From positions 512,001 to 576,000 of the forward strand of contig CAVOXA010000001.1 in assembly GCA_963700285.1 (NCBI GenBank): 64,000 nucleotides of DNA. The letters are read 5' to 3'. The translations under genes were made by a program, and so were the position numbers. Source of the stretch: an uncultured Chloroflexia bacterium. Its GTDB lineage: Bacteria > Chloroflexota > Anaerolineae > JAAYZQ01. The notes under the pieces are model-generated. The model was not told where the DNA came from and did no database searches. It saw nothing but the letters and a program-made list of their open reading frames with translations. Positions 45,702 through 55,386 of the stretch are shown here, in pieces. How positions within the stretch are numbered: the first letter of the stretch is position 1; each line of letters begins with the position of its first letter.

Positions 45702-46073
45702 ATGACAGGCGCCGCAAATGGTTTCAAGGCCCAAGCCCAGCTTTTCCGGGCGCTCTCGCACCCGGTGCGGCTGCGTATCTTGGACATCTTGGCTCACCAG
45801 GAAGCCTGCGTCTGTCACCTGACGTGCATCCTAGGCCAGCGTCAGCCCTACGTCTCGCAACAGTTGGCCACCCTCAGAGATGCCGGCCTGGTGGCCGATC
45901 GCCGCGAGGGCACCTTGATCTACTACCGGCTCGCCGACGATCACCTGGCTAGACTGCTCGACGCGAGCAGGACGGTGGTTCGAAATCTTGACGGAGATGG
46001 CCTGGTTTTTCCGGTGGCTCCAGAAGTGGCCCTGGAGAACTGCCCCTGTCCGCGCTGCCAGGGCGAGGGCTAA
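45702..46073 (+). CDS. ArsR/SmtB family metalloregulator
   Basis: FRALSHPVRL, ACVC, SQQLA.LRDAGLV and C-terminal CPCPRC. Confidence 0.9.
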   Translation: MTGAANGFKAQAQLFRALSHPVRLRILDILAHQEACVCHLTCILGQRQPYVSQQLATLRDAGLVADRREGTLIYYRLADDHLARLLDASRTVVRNLDGDGLVFPVAPEVALENCPCPRCQGEG

Positions 46074-46151
46074 CTCGTTCCATTATTCGGGTAGATCCTC
46101 AATCCTGTGAATCTGCGGGTGAACAGCTGGCAGAGACCGATGGAGGTCGAT

Positions 46152-47648
46152 ATGTCTATCGCGGAATGGATCATCACCCTGCTGCAGTCGGGAGTCAGCA
46201 GCCTGGCATCCTACCTGGCTGCGCACGTTCTGCTCTGCCTGGTACCCGCCTTTTTCATCGCCGGGGCCATGACGGCGCTGGTTCCCAAGGAGGCCATCAC
46301 ACGCTACCTGGGCCGCAACGCCTCGCCGTGGGTCTCCTATCCCATGGCCGCTGCGGGGGGCTTTGTCCTGGCCGTTTGCTCCTGTACGATCCTGCCTCTC
46401 TTTGCCAGCATCTATGCCCAGGGCGCCGGGCTGGGACCGGCCATCACCTTCCTGTTTGTCGGGCCGGCCATCAACATCCTGGCCGTCAGCTACACCGGTG
46501 TGGCCCTAGGTATGGATATCGCCATCGCCCGCATTGTCCTCTCACTGGTGTTTGGCATCGGCATCGGCTTGATCATGGCCTTCCTCTACCGCCGCGATGA
46601 ACAGGCTCGAACTGAGGCGTTGGGACAGAGCAAGGTAGCTGCCGGTCAAGCCTTTGCGGCCAGCGCCAGTATCAAGGGTGCGATCCTTATCTTCTTGTTG
46701 TTGCTTCTGTCGGCCCTGATCGTCGGTACACTGCGGGTGGATCTCCTGACCGGTACCTACAGCCAGGTCAACCTGCCTTTGGCTAATGCTGACGGCTGGC
46801 AAGTTGCCCTGGACCGGCTGGTGCCCTACGACGCCAGTCAGGGACAGGAGGGGGTTTCGGTCCATGGCCTGTTTCTCATCGGCCTGCTGGGCCTCATCGG
46901 CGTGGCGTCCTGGTTGGGGCTGAACAACATCGACGAGGGGTTCCACGCCTGGTCTTGGGTGGCGCTGGGCCTCATCGTGCTGACCCTCCTGGTGGCGGCG
47001 TTGCAGATCACGGTCACGGCCAGTGGCGTTCAGATCAATATCACCGGCCGGTTTGTTGCCGAAGTGATCGTCATCGGCGCCGTGGTGTTAGTCGCCTGGA
47101 AAGGGCTGGACGAGTTCGAGGTACAGGAATGGTTGTGGGAGACGTGGCGATTTGTAAAGCAGATCTTCCCTTTGCTCATCGTGGGCGTCTTTTTGGCTGG
47201 CATGGTGCGGGTGTTGATCCCGCCCCAGTTGATCGAGACCATTGCCGGGGAGAATACCCTGCTGGCCAACCTGGCCGGCGTGCTCTTTGGCGTGTTCATG
47301 TACTTTCCCACGCTGGTCGAGGTGCCCATCGCCAGGATGTTCCTGGAGCTGGGCATGCACCGCGGGCCGTTATTGGCCTATCTGATCGCCGACCCGGCGT
47401 TGAGTATCCAAAGTATCCTGATTACGGCCAAGGTCATTGGCAAAGCCAAAACTTGGATCTATGTTGGCCTGGTGACGGTATTTGCCACAACGGCTGGCTT
47501 GCTCTACGGGGCCTGGGTGGATGGGGCCAGCCTGTGGCTGATCCTCGCGGCCCTGGCAGTTTTTCTGGGCCTTTTGGTTCTGGCGCTGTGGCTGGTTGGC
47601 CGCCGTACGAACCGTGCCCCGGTCCCGGCCAAGACAGCGCAGACGTAG
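46152..47648 (+). CDS. ArsP/DUF318-family permease
   Basis: HVLLCLVPAFFIAG, AVCSCTILPLF and YFPTLVEVP motifs. Confidence 0.88.
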   Translation: MSIAEWIITLLQSGVSSLASYLAAHVLLCLVPAFFIAGAMTALVPKEAITRYLGRNASPWVSYPMAAAGGFVLAVCSCTILPLFASIYAQGAGLGPAITFLFVGPAINILAVSYTGVALGMDIAIARIVLSLVFGIGIGLIMAFLYRRDEQARTEALGQSKVAAGQAFAASASIKGAILIFLLLLLSALIVGTLRVDLLTGTYSQVNLPLANADGWQVALDRLVPYDASQGQEGVSVHGLFLIGLLGLIGVASWLGLNNIDEGFHAWSWVALGLIVLTLLVAALQITVTASGVQINITGRFVAEVIVIGAVVLVAWKGLDEFEVQEWLWETWRFVKQIFPLLIVGVFLAGMVRVLIPPQLIETIAGENTLLANLAGVLFGVFMYFPTLVEVPIARMFLELGMHRGPLLAYLIADPALSIQSILITAKVIGKAKTWIYVGLVTVFATTAGLLYGAWVDGASLWLILAALAVFLGLLVLALWLVGRRTNRAPVPAKTAQT

Positions 47649-47713
47649 ACCAGACTGGATCTTGAGGTACCAGCATTCATATGCTGAGCTTTATACTGGA
47701 AGGAGAGTTTGTC

Positions 47714-47983
47714 ATGGAAGTCAAGGTTCTGGGCACGGGCTGCCCCAACTGCAAACGGCTGGAAAAGGTCACGCGCCAGGCTCTGGATGAGCTGGGCGTC
47801 GAGGCTTCGGTCACCAAGGTGACCGATTTCGGCGAGATCATGACCTACGATATCCTGTCGACGCCAGGCTTGGTCATCGATGGAACTGTGGTTTCTTCAG
47901 GACGGGTACCCAGCAAGGCCGAGGTGGCTTCCCTGATCACTGCGGCCCTGCCGCCGGCCGGGGAGCAAATTCACCGAAGCTAA
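47714..47983 (+). CDS. Small redox-active disulfide protein (MTH895-type thioredoxin)
   Basis: VLGTGCPNC...TPGLVIDG. Confidence 0.9.
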   Translation: MEVKVLGTGCPNCKRLEKVTRQALDELGVEASVTKVTDFGEIMTYDILSTPGLVIDGTVVSSGRVPSKAEVASLITAALPPAGEQIHRS

Positions 47984-47995
47984 AGGAGGCGACAA

Positions 47996-48253
47996 ATGTT
48001 GCAGATCAAGGTCTTTGGCACCACGCCGCCCTGCGCCAACTGCAAGCGGGCGGAGAGAGAGGCCCGCAAGGCGGCCGAGAAATTTCCCGGCCAGGTGGAG
48101 GTCGTGCACCTGGACGCGCTGGGATCGGAGGCCCAACGGTACGGGCTGATGGTGACGCCCGTCGTCGTCATCGGTGACGAGGTGGTCAGTAGCGGCAAGG
48201 TCGTACCGGCCCCCAGGCTGATACCCATGGTCGAGCAAGCATTGCAGAACTAA
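47996..48253 (+). CDS. Thioredoxin-like protein
   Basis: PPCANC and cis-Pro TP motif. Confidence 0.85.
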   Translation: MLQIKVFGTTPPCANCKRAEREARKAAEKFPGQVEVVHLDALGSEAQRYGLMVTPVVVIGDEVVSSGKVVPAPRLIPMVEQALQN

Positions 48254-48268
48254 TCAAGGAGGCAAAAC

Positions 48269-48538
48269 ATGGTCAATCTGGAGATATTCAGCGGCGACCC
48301 ACCCTGCCCGGGCTGCGTCGCCATCATCGATCTGGCCGAGAAGGTGGCGGCCAGGTATCCCGGCGAGCTGGCGTTGAGCATCTTGAAAGGCCAAGACGCC
48401 ATGGAAAAGTTTGAAGCTTATAAACTCTTCTGCGTGCCGGCGGCCGTCGTCAATGGCTCCATCCGCATCGAGGGCATGTGCCCCAGCGAAGCGACTCTGA
48501 ACAACGCACTGCGGGAGGGGGGACTATGCTTAAAGTAA
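48269..48538 (+). CDS. Thioredoxin-like protein
   Basis: PPCPGC, CVPA.VVNG and GMCP. Confidence 0.82.
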   Translation: MVNLEIFSGDPPCPGCVAIIDLAEKVAARYPGELALSILKGQDAMEKFEAYKLFCVPAAVVNGSIRIEGMCPSEATLNNALREGGLCLK

Positions 48539-48792
48539 AGATGGAGGCTTTTGTGTCGATCCCACCCTGCTCCGGCGGGGTGGCCCTGAAACGGTTGCTG
48601 AAAGAGATCGAGTCGGAATTCGGCGAGCAGGTGGAGGTCGTCTTTCACACCGGCCCGGGCGATCCCGAGTGGGACGAGTATGCCATCAACAACGCCCCGG
48701 CCCTGGTCGTGGGCGACCTGGTCAAGTTCGTGGGACTGGCCCCCAGCAAGGCCAGCCTGGTCGGCGCCCTGCGCGAGGCAGGTCTAGAGTAG
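48526..48792 (+). CDS. Monothiol thioredoxin-fold protein
   Basis: PPCSGG and APALVVG; overlaps the upstream stop codon region. Confidence 0.78.
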   Translation: MLKVKMEAFVSIPPCSGGVALKRLLKEIESEFGEQVEVVFHTGPGDPEWDEYAINNAPALVVGDLVKFVGLAPSKASLVGALREAGLE

Positions 48793-49179
48793 GCGGAGAT
48801 TTTCACCTCTCGGCTGGACCGTCCGGCAGGATGAACCCCGGGCGGTCCTTTCCCCGTCACCGTACCGGACTGCCAGCCAGCCAGCCTCGTAAGAACAAGG
48901 GGACTGATTCCGAATGCATGATCTTGTCTGTTATTGTTTTGGGTTTTCGACTGCGGATATCCGGGAGGATGTCAGGGCAAACGACGGCGAATCGACCATC
49001 CTGGCCAAGATAACGGCGGAAAAGAAGGCGGGCACCTGTCGCTGCGCGACGGTGCATCCAGAGGGGCGCTGATGCCTGGCTGATGTCCGCCGTGTCGCGG
49101 ACGAAACGATGGCAGAGTTGTAGGGTACAATCGATCTGGCTGCTGTAGGCTGGGGTGGGGACCTATGCAATGCTCCAGG

Positions 49180-50701
49180 CTAAGGAGCCAGCAGCTTGTC
49201 AAACTCGTATCGCCTGGCCACAGTCTGGAGTTCGGGGGCCAGTTGATTCAGCGTCCGCTTGAAGGACTGGCGGGCGTTCTCACGTCCAAATCGCCGGCTG
49301 ACCACGTCCAGTTGAGCCAGCAGGAAGGCGCGGTACATCTCTACCAATCCGTCGGTTTTCAGCCGAGGATCAGCCTGGTCCTCGATCCGACCCTGGTTGA
49401 TGCACAGGGGCAGACCGTCAGTGAGCCGATTCACTTCCTGTTCGCAAGAACGATCATCGGGTGCGTTTCGCCAGGCGACGGTGCTGCTGCACATAAGCTC
49501 TGCGATCTCGCGAAAGACGCGGCGCAAGCGGATCTTGTCCAGGTCTGCGGTGCGTACCACGCCCACAGCCGCCAGACAGTAGAAGGCCCGGCTGGCCTCA
49601 AAGACAGTCATGCCCAGTTCGCGGGCGATGCTGGCCACATCCTTTACGCCGTCGAGGGATTCCAGGATCTGCTGCTCGGTGGGTGTGAGCGTCAGCCCTT
49701 CCACGCCCTCAGGGGCCATACCCAGCTCAAAGATAGCGTCGGCCGAGGATACCAGGCGCTGGATGATGGTCCAGTTGTCCACCCAGCGGCAGCCACACAG
49801 GATCAGGTCCTCGGCGCTGAGCGTCAGGGGCACGCACCATTCCTCGGATGCCATCTCCTGGTCAAAGGTGAACTTGCCCTCCTGCCAGCGGAACAGGTCG
49901 CACAGGCCCTCGATCACCTGTTCTGGCGCCGGTGGGGGAGTCGCCGGCTCGTCCTTGCGGTGGGACGTGGCGCAGACCGGCTGGCCTTCCTGGAAGGTCA
50001 GGGTACGAACCAGTATGCCATCGGTGACGGTTAGCCTGCCGCTGTGCTGGCCCGAGACGATAAGGCGGATCAGATCGGGCAGGTGATAGAGGCGCAGATC
50101 ACCACTCAGGATCATGAGCCCACGCTGTTCGTCCGTTCGGGCATCATCCGCCTGGCCCTTCCCCTGGATACTGCGGATCACATCGGCCAGCCACTCTTGC
50201 TCCATCTCCAGAAAGCGGCGCTTGTGATCCAGGATGGCAAGTTTCAGAGGGGACCGGCCATGTGCTCGTTCTTCCACCAGAGCGGCCAGCAGGTCCCCAT
50301 CTTGCTGGACCAGGAATGCCTGGTGCTGCTCCAGCAGATCGATGGCTCGCTGCAGGGGAAGTTTGTTCAGCAAGTAGATGACCACGTCATAGTCCAGGTG
50401 AGGGCTTGTCCTGGCTGACCGCCTGCTCCTCCATGGCCGCGAAAAAAGCGGCCCGGCCATCTTCGGTCAGACGATAGATCGACTTGCGGGCGCTGCGCCC
50501 TCCCCGCTGGCGCGATTCTGCCACCAAGCCCTGATCCCGCAGCTTGCCCAGGGAATAGTACACGCCGGCCATGCTGACGTTGAACCAGCCGTCAATCCCC
50601 TCGGCCTGGATCTGCTGGAAAAGCTCGTAGCCGTGCATCGGCCGGTCCAGCAGCAGGCCCAGGAGCAATAGATCGATTTTGGTCGCGGATAGTGCGCTCA
50701 T
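49180..50701 (-). CDS. PadR-DUF4388 regulator, copy 2 (frameshift near 50400)
   Basis: Colinear with 40761-42284, for example LDKIRLRRVFREIAEL.C and PDDR.CE.EVN. Confidence 0.85.
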
Positions 50702-50773
50702 ACCTGTTCGTGCCCCTTCATGTTAAGATCAGTATATCAGAGAACGGGCGAAAGGTCAAACACTCTCATATTT

Positions 50774-50843
50774 TTGACAAGCATTGGAGGCTATGTTATA
50801 ATCCAGCCCGAGTCAGAATCAATAGAGTATTCAGGATTGAGTA
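50774..50843 (+). promoter_or_regulatory. Promoter and operator of the rhodanese operon
   Basis: TTGACA-17-TATAAT with extended -10; TATTCAGGATTGAGTA at 50828-50843. Confidence 0.72.
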
Positions 50844-50949
50844 TTGTGCCTTTTTCAGAGGCAAGTACCGGCAGTTGCCGGCTGTACGAACGTCCCAATC
50901 CCATTCGAGATCGAAAAAAGCAAGAAAAAAAAGAAGGAGACAAAGAACC

Positions 50950-52110
50950 ATGAAAAAGCTCGCAGTATTGAACCTCGTTTTGGCCCTCAGCTTGCTGCTG
51001 GGGTCCGCCGCCTTGGCCCAGGAGCCTGAGGGTGACTTTGGCGTTATCCAGCGCACCCTGGACGCCGCCCTGGACGGTTGGAGCCCGGTCATCGGCGCCG
51101 ACGCCCTGTTCGAGAATCTGAACGACGGCGATACCTCCAATGACCCCTTTATCGTCAGCGTCCGCGCTCCCGATGACTACGCGTTGGGCCACATTCCCGG
51201 CGCCATCAACATTCCCTGGAAGACCATCGCCAAGCCCGAGAGCCTGGCCCAGCTGCCCACCGACAAGCCGATCGTGGTCTATTGCTACACCGGCCACACC
51301 GGCCAGCTTTCGGCCACCATCCTGAAGGCCCTGGGCTACGACGTCCAGAACCTCAAGTTCGGCATGATGGGCTGGACCCAGAATGACAAAGTACTGGCGA
51401 CGACACGCTTTGGCCCCGACACCGATCAGCGCGACTACCCGACGGAGACCGAGGCCAACGAGGCCACCGAGACCTATGCCTATCCCGAAGTCGCCACCGG
51501 CGAGGAAGATGCCTTTGAGATCGTGCGCGTCGCCGCCGATACCTGGATCAACTCTGATGCATCGCCCATCGTCTCGGCTGACTCGGTCTTTGACGTCCTG
51601 AACGACGGCGACGACAGCAATGACCCGTTCATCGTCAGCGTCCGCGCACCCGACGACTATGCCCTGGGTCATATCCCTGGCGCCATCAACATCCCCTGGG
51701 CGGCGATTGCCAAGCCTGAGAACCTGGCCAAGTTGCCGGCTGACAAGCCAATCCGTACCTACTGCTACACAGGCCACACCGGTCAGGTGGCGGGCACGGC
51801 TCTGGGCCTGCTGGGTTACGATGTCGCCAACATAAAGTACGGCATGATGGCCTGGACCGAGGATGACGAAGTGCTGGCCACGGCCCGCTACAATCCCGAG
51901 ACTTCGCCCGATTACACCATCGAGGGTACGGCCGCTGAGGCACCTGCCGCCGAAGAGGTAGTCGCCGAAGAGACTGCAGCCGAAGAAACAGCCCCCGCGA
52001 CCGTGCCTGAGACCGGTGGCGCTGCCTTCCCGGTCGAAGGTCTGCTGCTGGGCTTTGGTACGCTGACCGCTGCCGCTGGTCTGTACCTGCGCCGGCGCAA
52101 CGCAGCCTAA
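50950..52110 (+). CDS. Secreted tandem-rhodanese sulfurtransferase with VPETG sortase-type sorting signal
   Basis: Signal peptide ending ALA; two GHIPGA..CYTGHT domains; VPETG, hydrophobic helix, RRR. Confidence 0.88.
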   Translation: MKKLAVLNLVLALSLLLGSAALAQEPEGDFGVIQRTLDAALDGWSPVIGADALFENLNDGDTSNDPFIVSVRAPDDYALGHIPGAINIPWKTIAKPESLAQLPTDKPIVVYCYTGHTGQLSATILKALGYDVQNLKFGMMGWTQNDKVLATTRFGPDTDQRDYPTETEANEATETYAYPEVATGEEDAFEIVRVAADTWINSDASPIVSADSVFDVLNDGDDSNDPFIVSVRAPDDYALGHIPGAINIPWAAIAKPENLAKLPADKPIRTYCYTGHTGQVAGTALGLLGYDVANIKYGMMAWTEDDEVLATARYNPETSPDYTIEGTAAEAPAAEEVVAEETAAEETAPATVPETGGAAFPVEGLLLGFGTLTAAAGLYLRRRNAA

Positions 52111-52199
52111 GCTCTACTAGTGTTTTCGCGCTCGGGTGGGTGCTGCTGCATGCGGCACTCACCCGTTTGCTATGTGACAAAGAAGGGAGCAACCAGAAG

Positions 52200-53300
52200 A
52201 TGAAAAAGCTCTCAGTATTGAGTTTCGTGTTGGTCCTCAGCCTGTTGTTGGGTACGGTGGCCTGGGCCGCCGATGACATCCTGGCGGCCGCGGACGACTA
52301 TTTCAGCGGCGGTACCAAGAATATCTCTGCCAGCGATCTCTTTGACAACCTGAACGACGGCGACGATATCAACGACCCCTATGTCATCAGCGTTCGCAGC
52401 CAGGAAGACTATGATAAGGGCCACATCCCGGGAGCGGTCCACATGGACCCCAAGACCATGTTCACCGCGGAGAGCTTGGCCACCCTGCCCACCGACAAGC
52501 AGATCGTCGTCTATTGCTATACCGGCCAGACTTCCAGCCAGGTCGTGTCGGCCCTCAACATGCTGGGCTACGACGCTTACAGTATGCTCTTTGGCTTTTG
52601 CGCCTGGAATTCGGACCCCAATGCTGGCGGCAAGTGCTTTAGTGACAGCATGGGCAGCGATTATCCGACCACGACCGATCCCACCGCCGTGGCCATGATC
52701 GCTTATCCACCGGCCACTCCGCTGGCCGACACCACCCAGGCCGCGGCCGATGCCTATTTCAACAACGGTACCAAGAACATCAAAGCATCTGACCTGTTCG
52801 ACAACCTGAATGATGGGGACAGCAGCAACGATCCCTGGATCATCAGCGTTCGCTCGGCGGAGGACTATGAGAAGGGCCACATTCCCGGTGCTGTCTGGGA
52901 AGATTACAAAACTATGTTCGGCCAGGATGGCCTGATATCCATTCCGCCCGAGAAGCTGATCGTCGTCTACTGCTACACCGGCCAGACCGCCAGCCAGGTC
53001 ACCTCGGCCCTCAACATGCTGGGCTACGATGCCTCCAACCTGCTGTTTGGCATGCAGGGCTGGACGATGGACAAGGACGTGCGGGCCAAGTTCTTTGACC
53101 CCGAGACACAGCTCAACGAGTATCCCTACGAGGGAACCGCGGCTGAAGGCGCCGCGGAAGAGACCAGCACCGAATCTGTTCAGCCTGAGACCGTGCCCGA
53201 GACCGGTAGCGCGGCGCCGCCGGTGGACGGTATCCTGCTCGGCTTTGGTGCGCTCACTGCTGCCGCAGGCCTGTACCTGCGCCGGCGCAAGGCAGTGTAG
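52200..53300 (+). CDS. Second secreted tandem-rhodanese with VPETG sorting signal
   Basis: Signal peptide ending AWA; two GHIPGA..CYTGQT domains; VPETG, hydrophobic helix, RRRK. Confidence 0.88.
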   Translation: MKKLSVLSFVLVLSLLLGTVAWAADDILAAADDYFSGGTKNISASDLFDNLNDGDDINDPYVISVRSQEDYDKGHIPGAVHMDPKTMFTAESLATLPTDKQIVVYCYTGQTSSQVVSALNMLGYDAYSMLFGFCAWNSDPNAGGKCFSDSMGSDYPTTTDPTAVAMIAYPPATPLADTTQAAADAYFNNGTKNIKASDLFDNLNDGDSSNDPWIISVRSAEDYEKGHIPGAVWEDYKTMFGQDGLISIPPEKLIVVYCYTGQTASQVTSALNMLGYDASNLLFGMQGWTMDKDVRAKFFDPETQLNEYPYEGTAAEGAAEETSTESVQPETVPETGSAAPPVDGILLGFGALTAAAGLYLRRRKAV

Positions 53301-53331
53301 AGCGTTACACCTGGATTTCTGCCTCATCCTC

Positions 53332-53358
53332 GCGGGCGCAGCCCAGGGCTGCGCCCGC
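53332..53358. repeat. Perfect GC-rich palindrome (REP-like or mRNA hairpin)
   Basis: GCGGGCGCAGCCC-A-GGGCTGCGCCCGC. Confidence 0.7.
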
Positions 53359-53418
53359 TTGCTCTCCCATCTCTAGGGCTGCTGCATTGTCCCTTGACAT
53401 GCACTGCCAGTCAGATCT

Positions 53419-53543
53419 GTCATTGCGAGACGCGCTGTTTGCGCCGTGGCAATCCCCAGGGCACAAGTGGAGATCGCTTTCCCTCGGCAGGCCCTTCGCG
53501 GACTCAGGACATGCTCGGGACAGGCGCTGACGCTCGCGATGAC
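53419..53543. repeat. MITE-like palindromic element
   Basis: Ends GTCATTGCGAG and CTCGCGATGAC (10/11 inverted); internal GCAATC...GATCGC. Confidence 0.6.
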
Positions 53544-53580
53544 GACTTTGCAACAGCCGTACTCCCATCTCTTCAGAGAC

Positions 53581-53609
53581 TTGACGGATCAGGCATGCTG
53601 TGATAGAAT
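53581..53609 (+). promoter_or_regulatory. Promoter of selenocytochrome copy 2
   Basis: TTGACG-17-TAGAAT with extended -10 TG. Confidence 0.55.
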
Positions 53610-53712
53610 TCACACGAGACCTCTGCGCCAGCGGCTGGCACATCCAGCGAGCATCGGGCTCTGCCGGGGTTTGCTGACCAACAAGTCGCTGAGTATATCC
53701 GGAGAAAGGCTT

Positions 53713-55259
53713 ATGGGTAGAACAACAAAGTTCCCAAAGATGTGGAGTGAGGCGCTGGTTGCCCTTCTCATGCTCATGGTCCCCTTGCTGCTGATCACCT
53801 GCGGTGGGCAGCCTACAGAGGTGGCCGTGGCGCCGACGGACGCGCCCGCTGAGGTCGCTCCGACCGATGCGCCTCCAACGGAGGCACTTACTGATGTACC
53901 TCCTACGGAGCCCCCGCCCACTCAGGCGCCAACCGAGCCTCCGCCGACCGAAGCTCCTACGGAACCGCCGGCGACCGACACGCCAGAGCCCACGGATGAA
54001 CCAACGCCGGAGCCAACAGACGCGCCGATACCGGAAGCTGTGGACGATACGGCTTGCATCGGTTGCCATACGGACGAGGAAACCCTCAAGCTCGTCGCTG
54101 AAGAGGAAGAAAAGCCCGAGGTAGAATCCGAAGGCGAGGGCTGAGGCGGCTCTGTGCCTCCGTTGGAGGTATGGGAGAAGGTCTTATATCAGCGACGAGA
54201 CCTTTGTAGATTCGATCCACGGCAAGATGGGCTGCATCACCTGCCACGGTGGTGCCAGCGGCGTCGAGGACAAGGAAGCGGCCCACGAAGGCGTGGTCCG
54301 TGATCCCGATTCGGTGGAGAAATGCGCCGTCTGCCACATGGAGACGGTTGAGGCAGACCAGAATAGCCTGCACTCGCAACCTGGCTGGCTATACTGACCG
54401 TTCTCTCCGCCCGCTCCACCCCGGACAAGATGCCCCAGCTCGAAGAGATGATGGGAAATCACTGCGACTACCTGCCACACGAGCTGCGGCCAGTGCCACG
54501 TCAGCCGGCCCACCAACCTGGGCGGCGGCCTGACGGCGGGTCATGAGTTCAAGAAGGTGCCCGCCCATGAACCTGACCTGCACTGGCTGTCATGGCAGCC
54601 GCATCGAGAACGAGTACAAGGGCAAGAACGAGGGCGATCAAGGCCGACACCCACTGGATCAAGGGCGGCATGCCCTGCTTTGACTGCCACACGTCTGACG
54701 AGATGCACGGCAAGCTGGGCGAGGCCGAGCATCGCTATGACGGCCCGCCGACGCCCAGCTGTACGGACGCGGACTGCCACCCAGATGTGGGCCCGGCGAC
54801 GGCAATGTCTACCACAGCGAGTTCCACTATGATGCGCTGAGCTGCCAGGTCGTGCCACTCGACGACCTACAAGAACTGCTATAGCTGTCACGTGGCCCAG
54901 GAAGACGGCGTGCCCTTTTTCAAGATCGAGCCGTCGGTGATGGACTTTAAGATCGGCCGCAACCCGCTCCAGAGCGACGACCGGCCCTGGGAGTACGTCC
55001 CGGTCCGGCACGTGCCCATCGATACCGAGTCCTTCGCCTACTATGGTGAGGACCTGCTGCCCAATTTTGACGCGGTGCCGACCTGGAAGTATGCCACGCC
55101 ACACAACATCCAGCGAATACACCTCAGACCGAGAGCTGCGATGCCTGTCACGGCAATGCCCAGTTCTTCCTGACGGCCGAGGATGTGCTGCCCGAAGAGT
55201 TGGAGGCCAACAAAGACGTTATCGTCGAAGAGCCGCCACCAGCCATGGGTGGGAGGTAA
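53713..55259 (+). CDS. Multiheme cytochrome c lipoprotein, putative selenoprotein (UGA 54142-54144), copy 2
   Basis: LITC lipobox and PTE linker; EGEG-TGA-GGSVPPLEVWEKV; same 11 heme motifs as copy 1; several indels. Confidence 0.82.
54145..54175 (+). promoter_or_regulatory. Candidate bacterial SECIS element
   Basis: GTGCCTCC GTT GGAGGTAT hairpin at the same offset from UGA as in copy 1. Confidence 0.7.
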
Positions 55260-55320
55260 GCTCTTACCCTGAAGAACCCCCTGCGAAGGAACCAAACTTC
55301 GCAGGTCAAGTAGGCACAAG

Positions 55321-55355
55321 AATCGCCCGCGGTGGAGTACCCACCGCGGGCGATT
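55321..55355. terminator. Hairpin between convergent cytochrome genes
   Basis: AATCGCCCGCGGTGG/CCACCGCGGGCGATT 15 bp stem. Confidence 0.75.
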
Positions 55356-55386
55356 GCTTATTGGAAGGGTGTCCCTCAAACAGGTT

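Noticed and set aside
48793-49179. Intergenic stretch with short ORFs and small hairpins
   Set aside because: No recognisable motif, RBS-supported ORF or RNA family could be supported.
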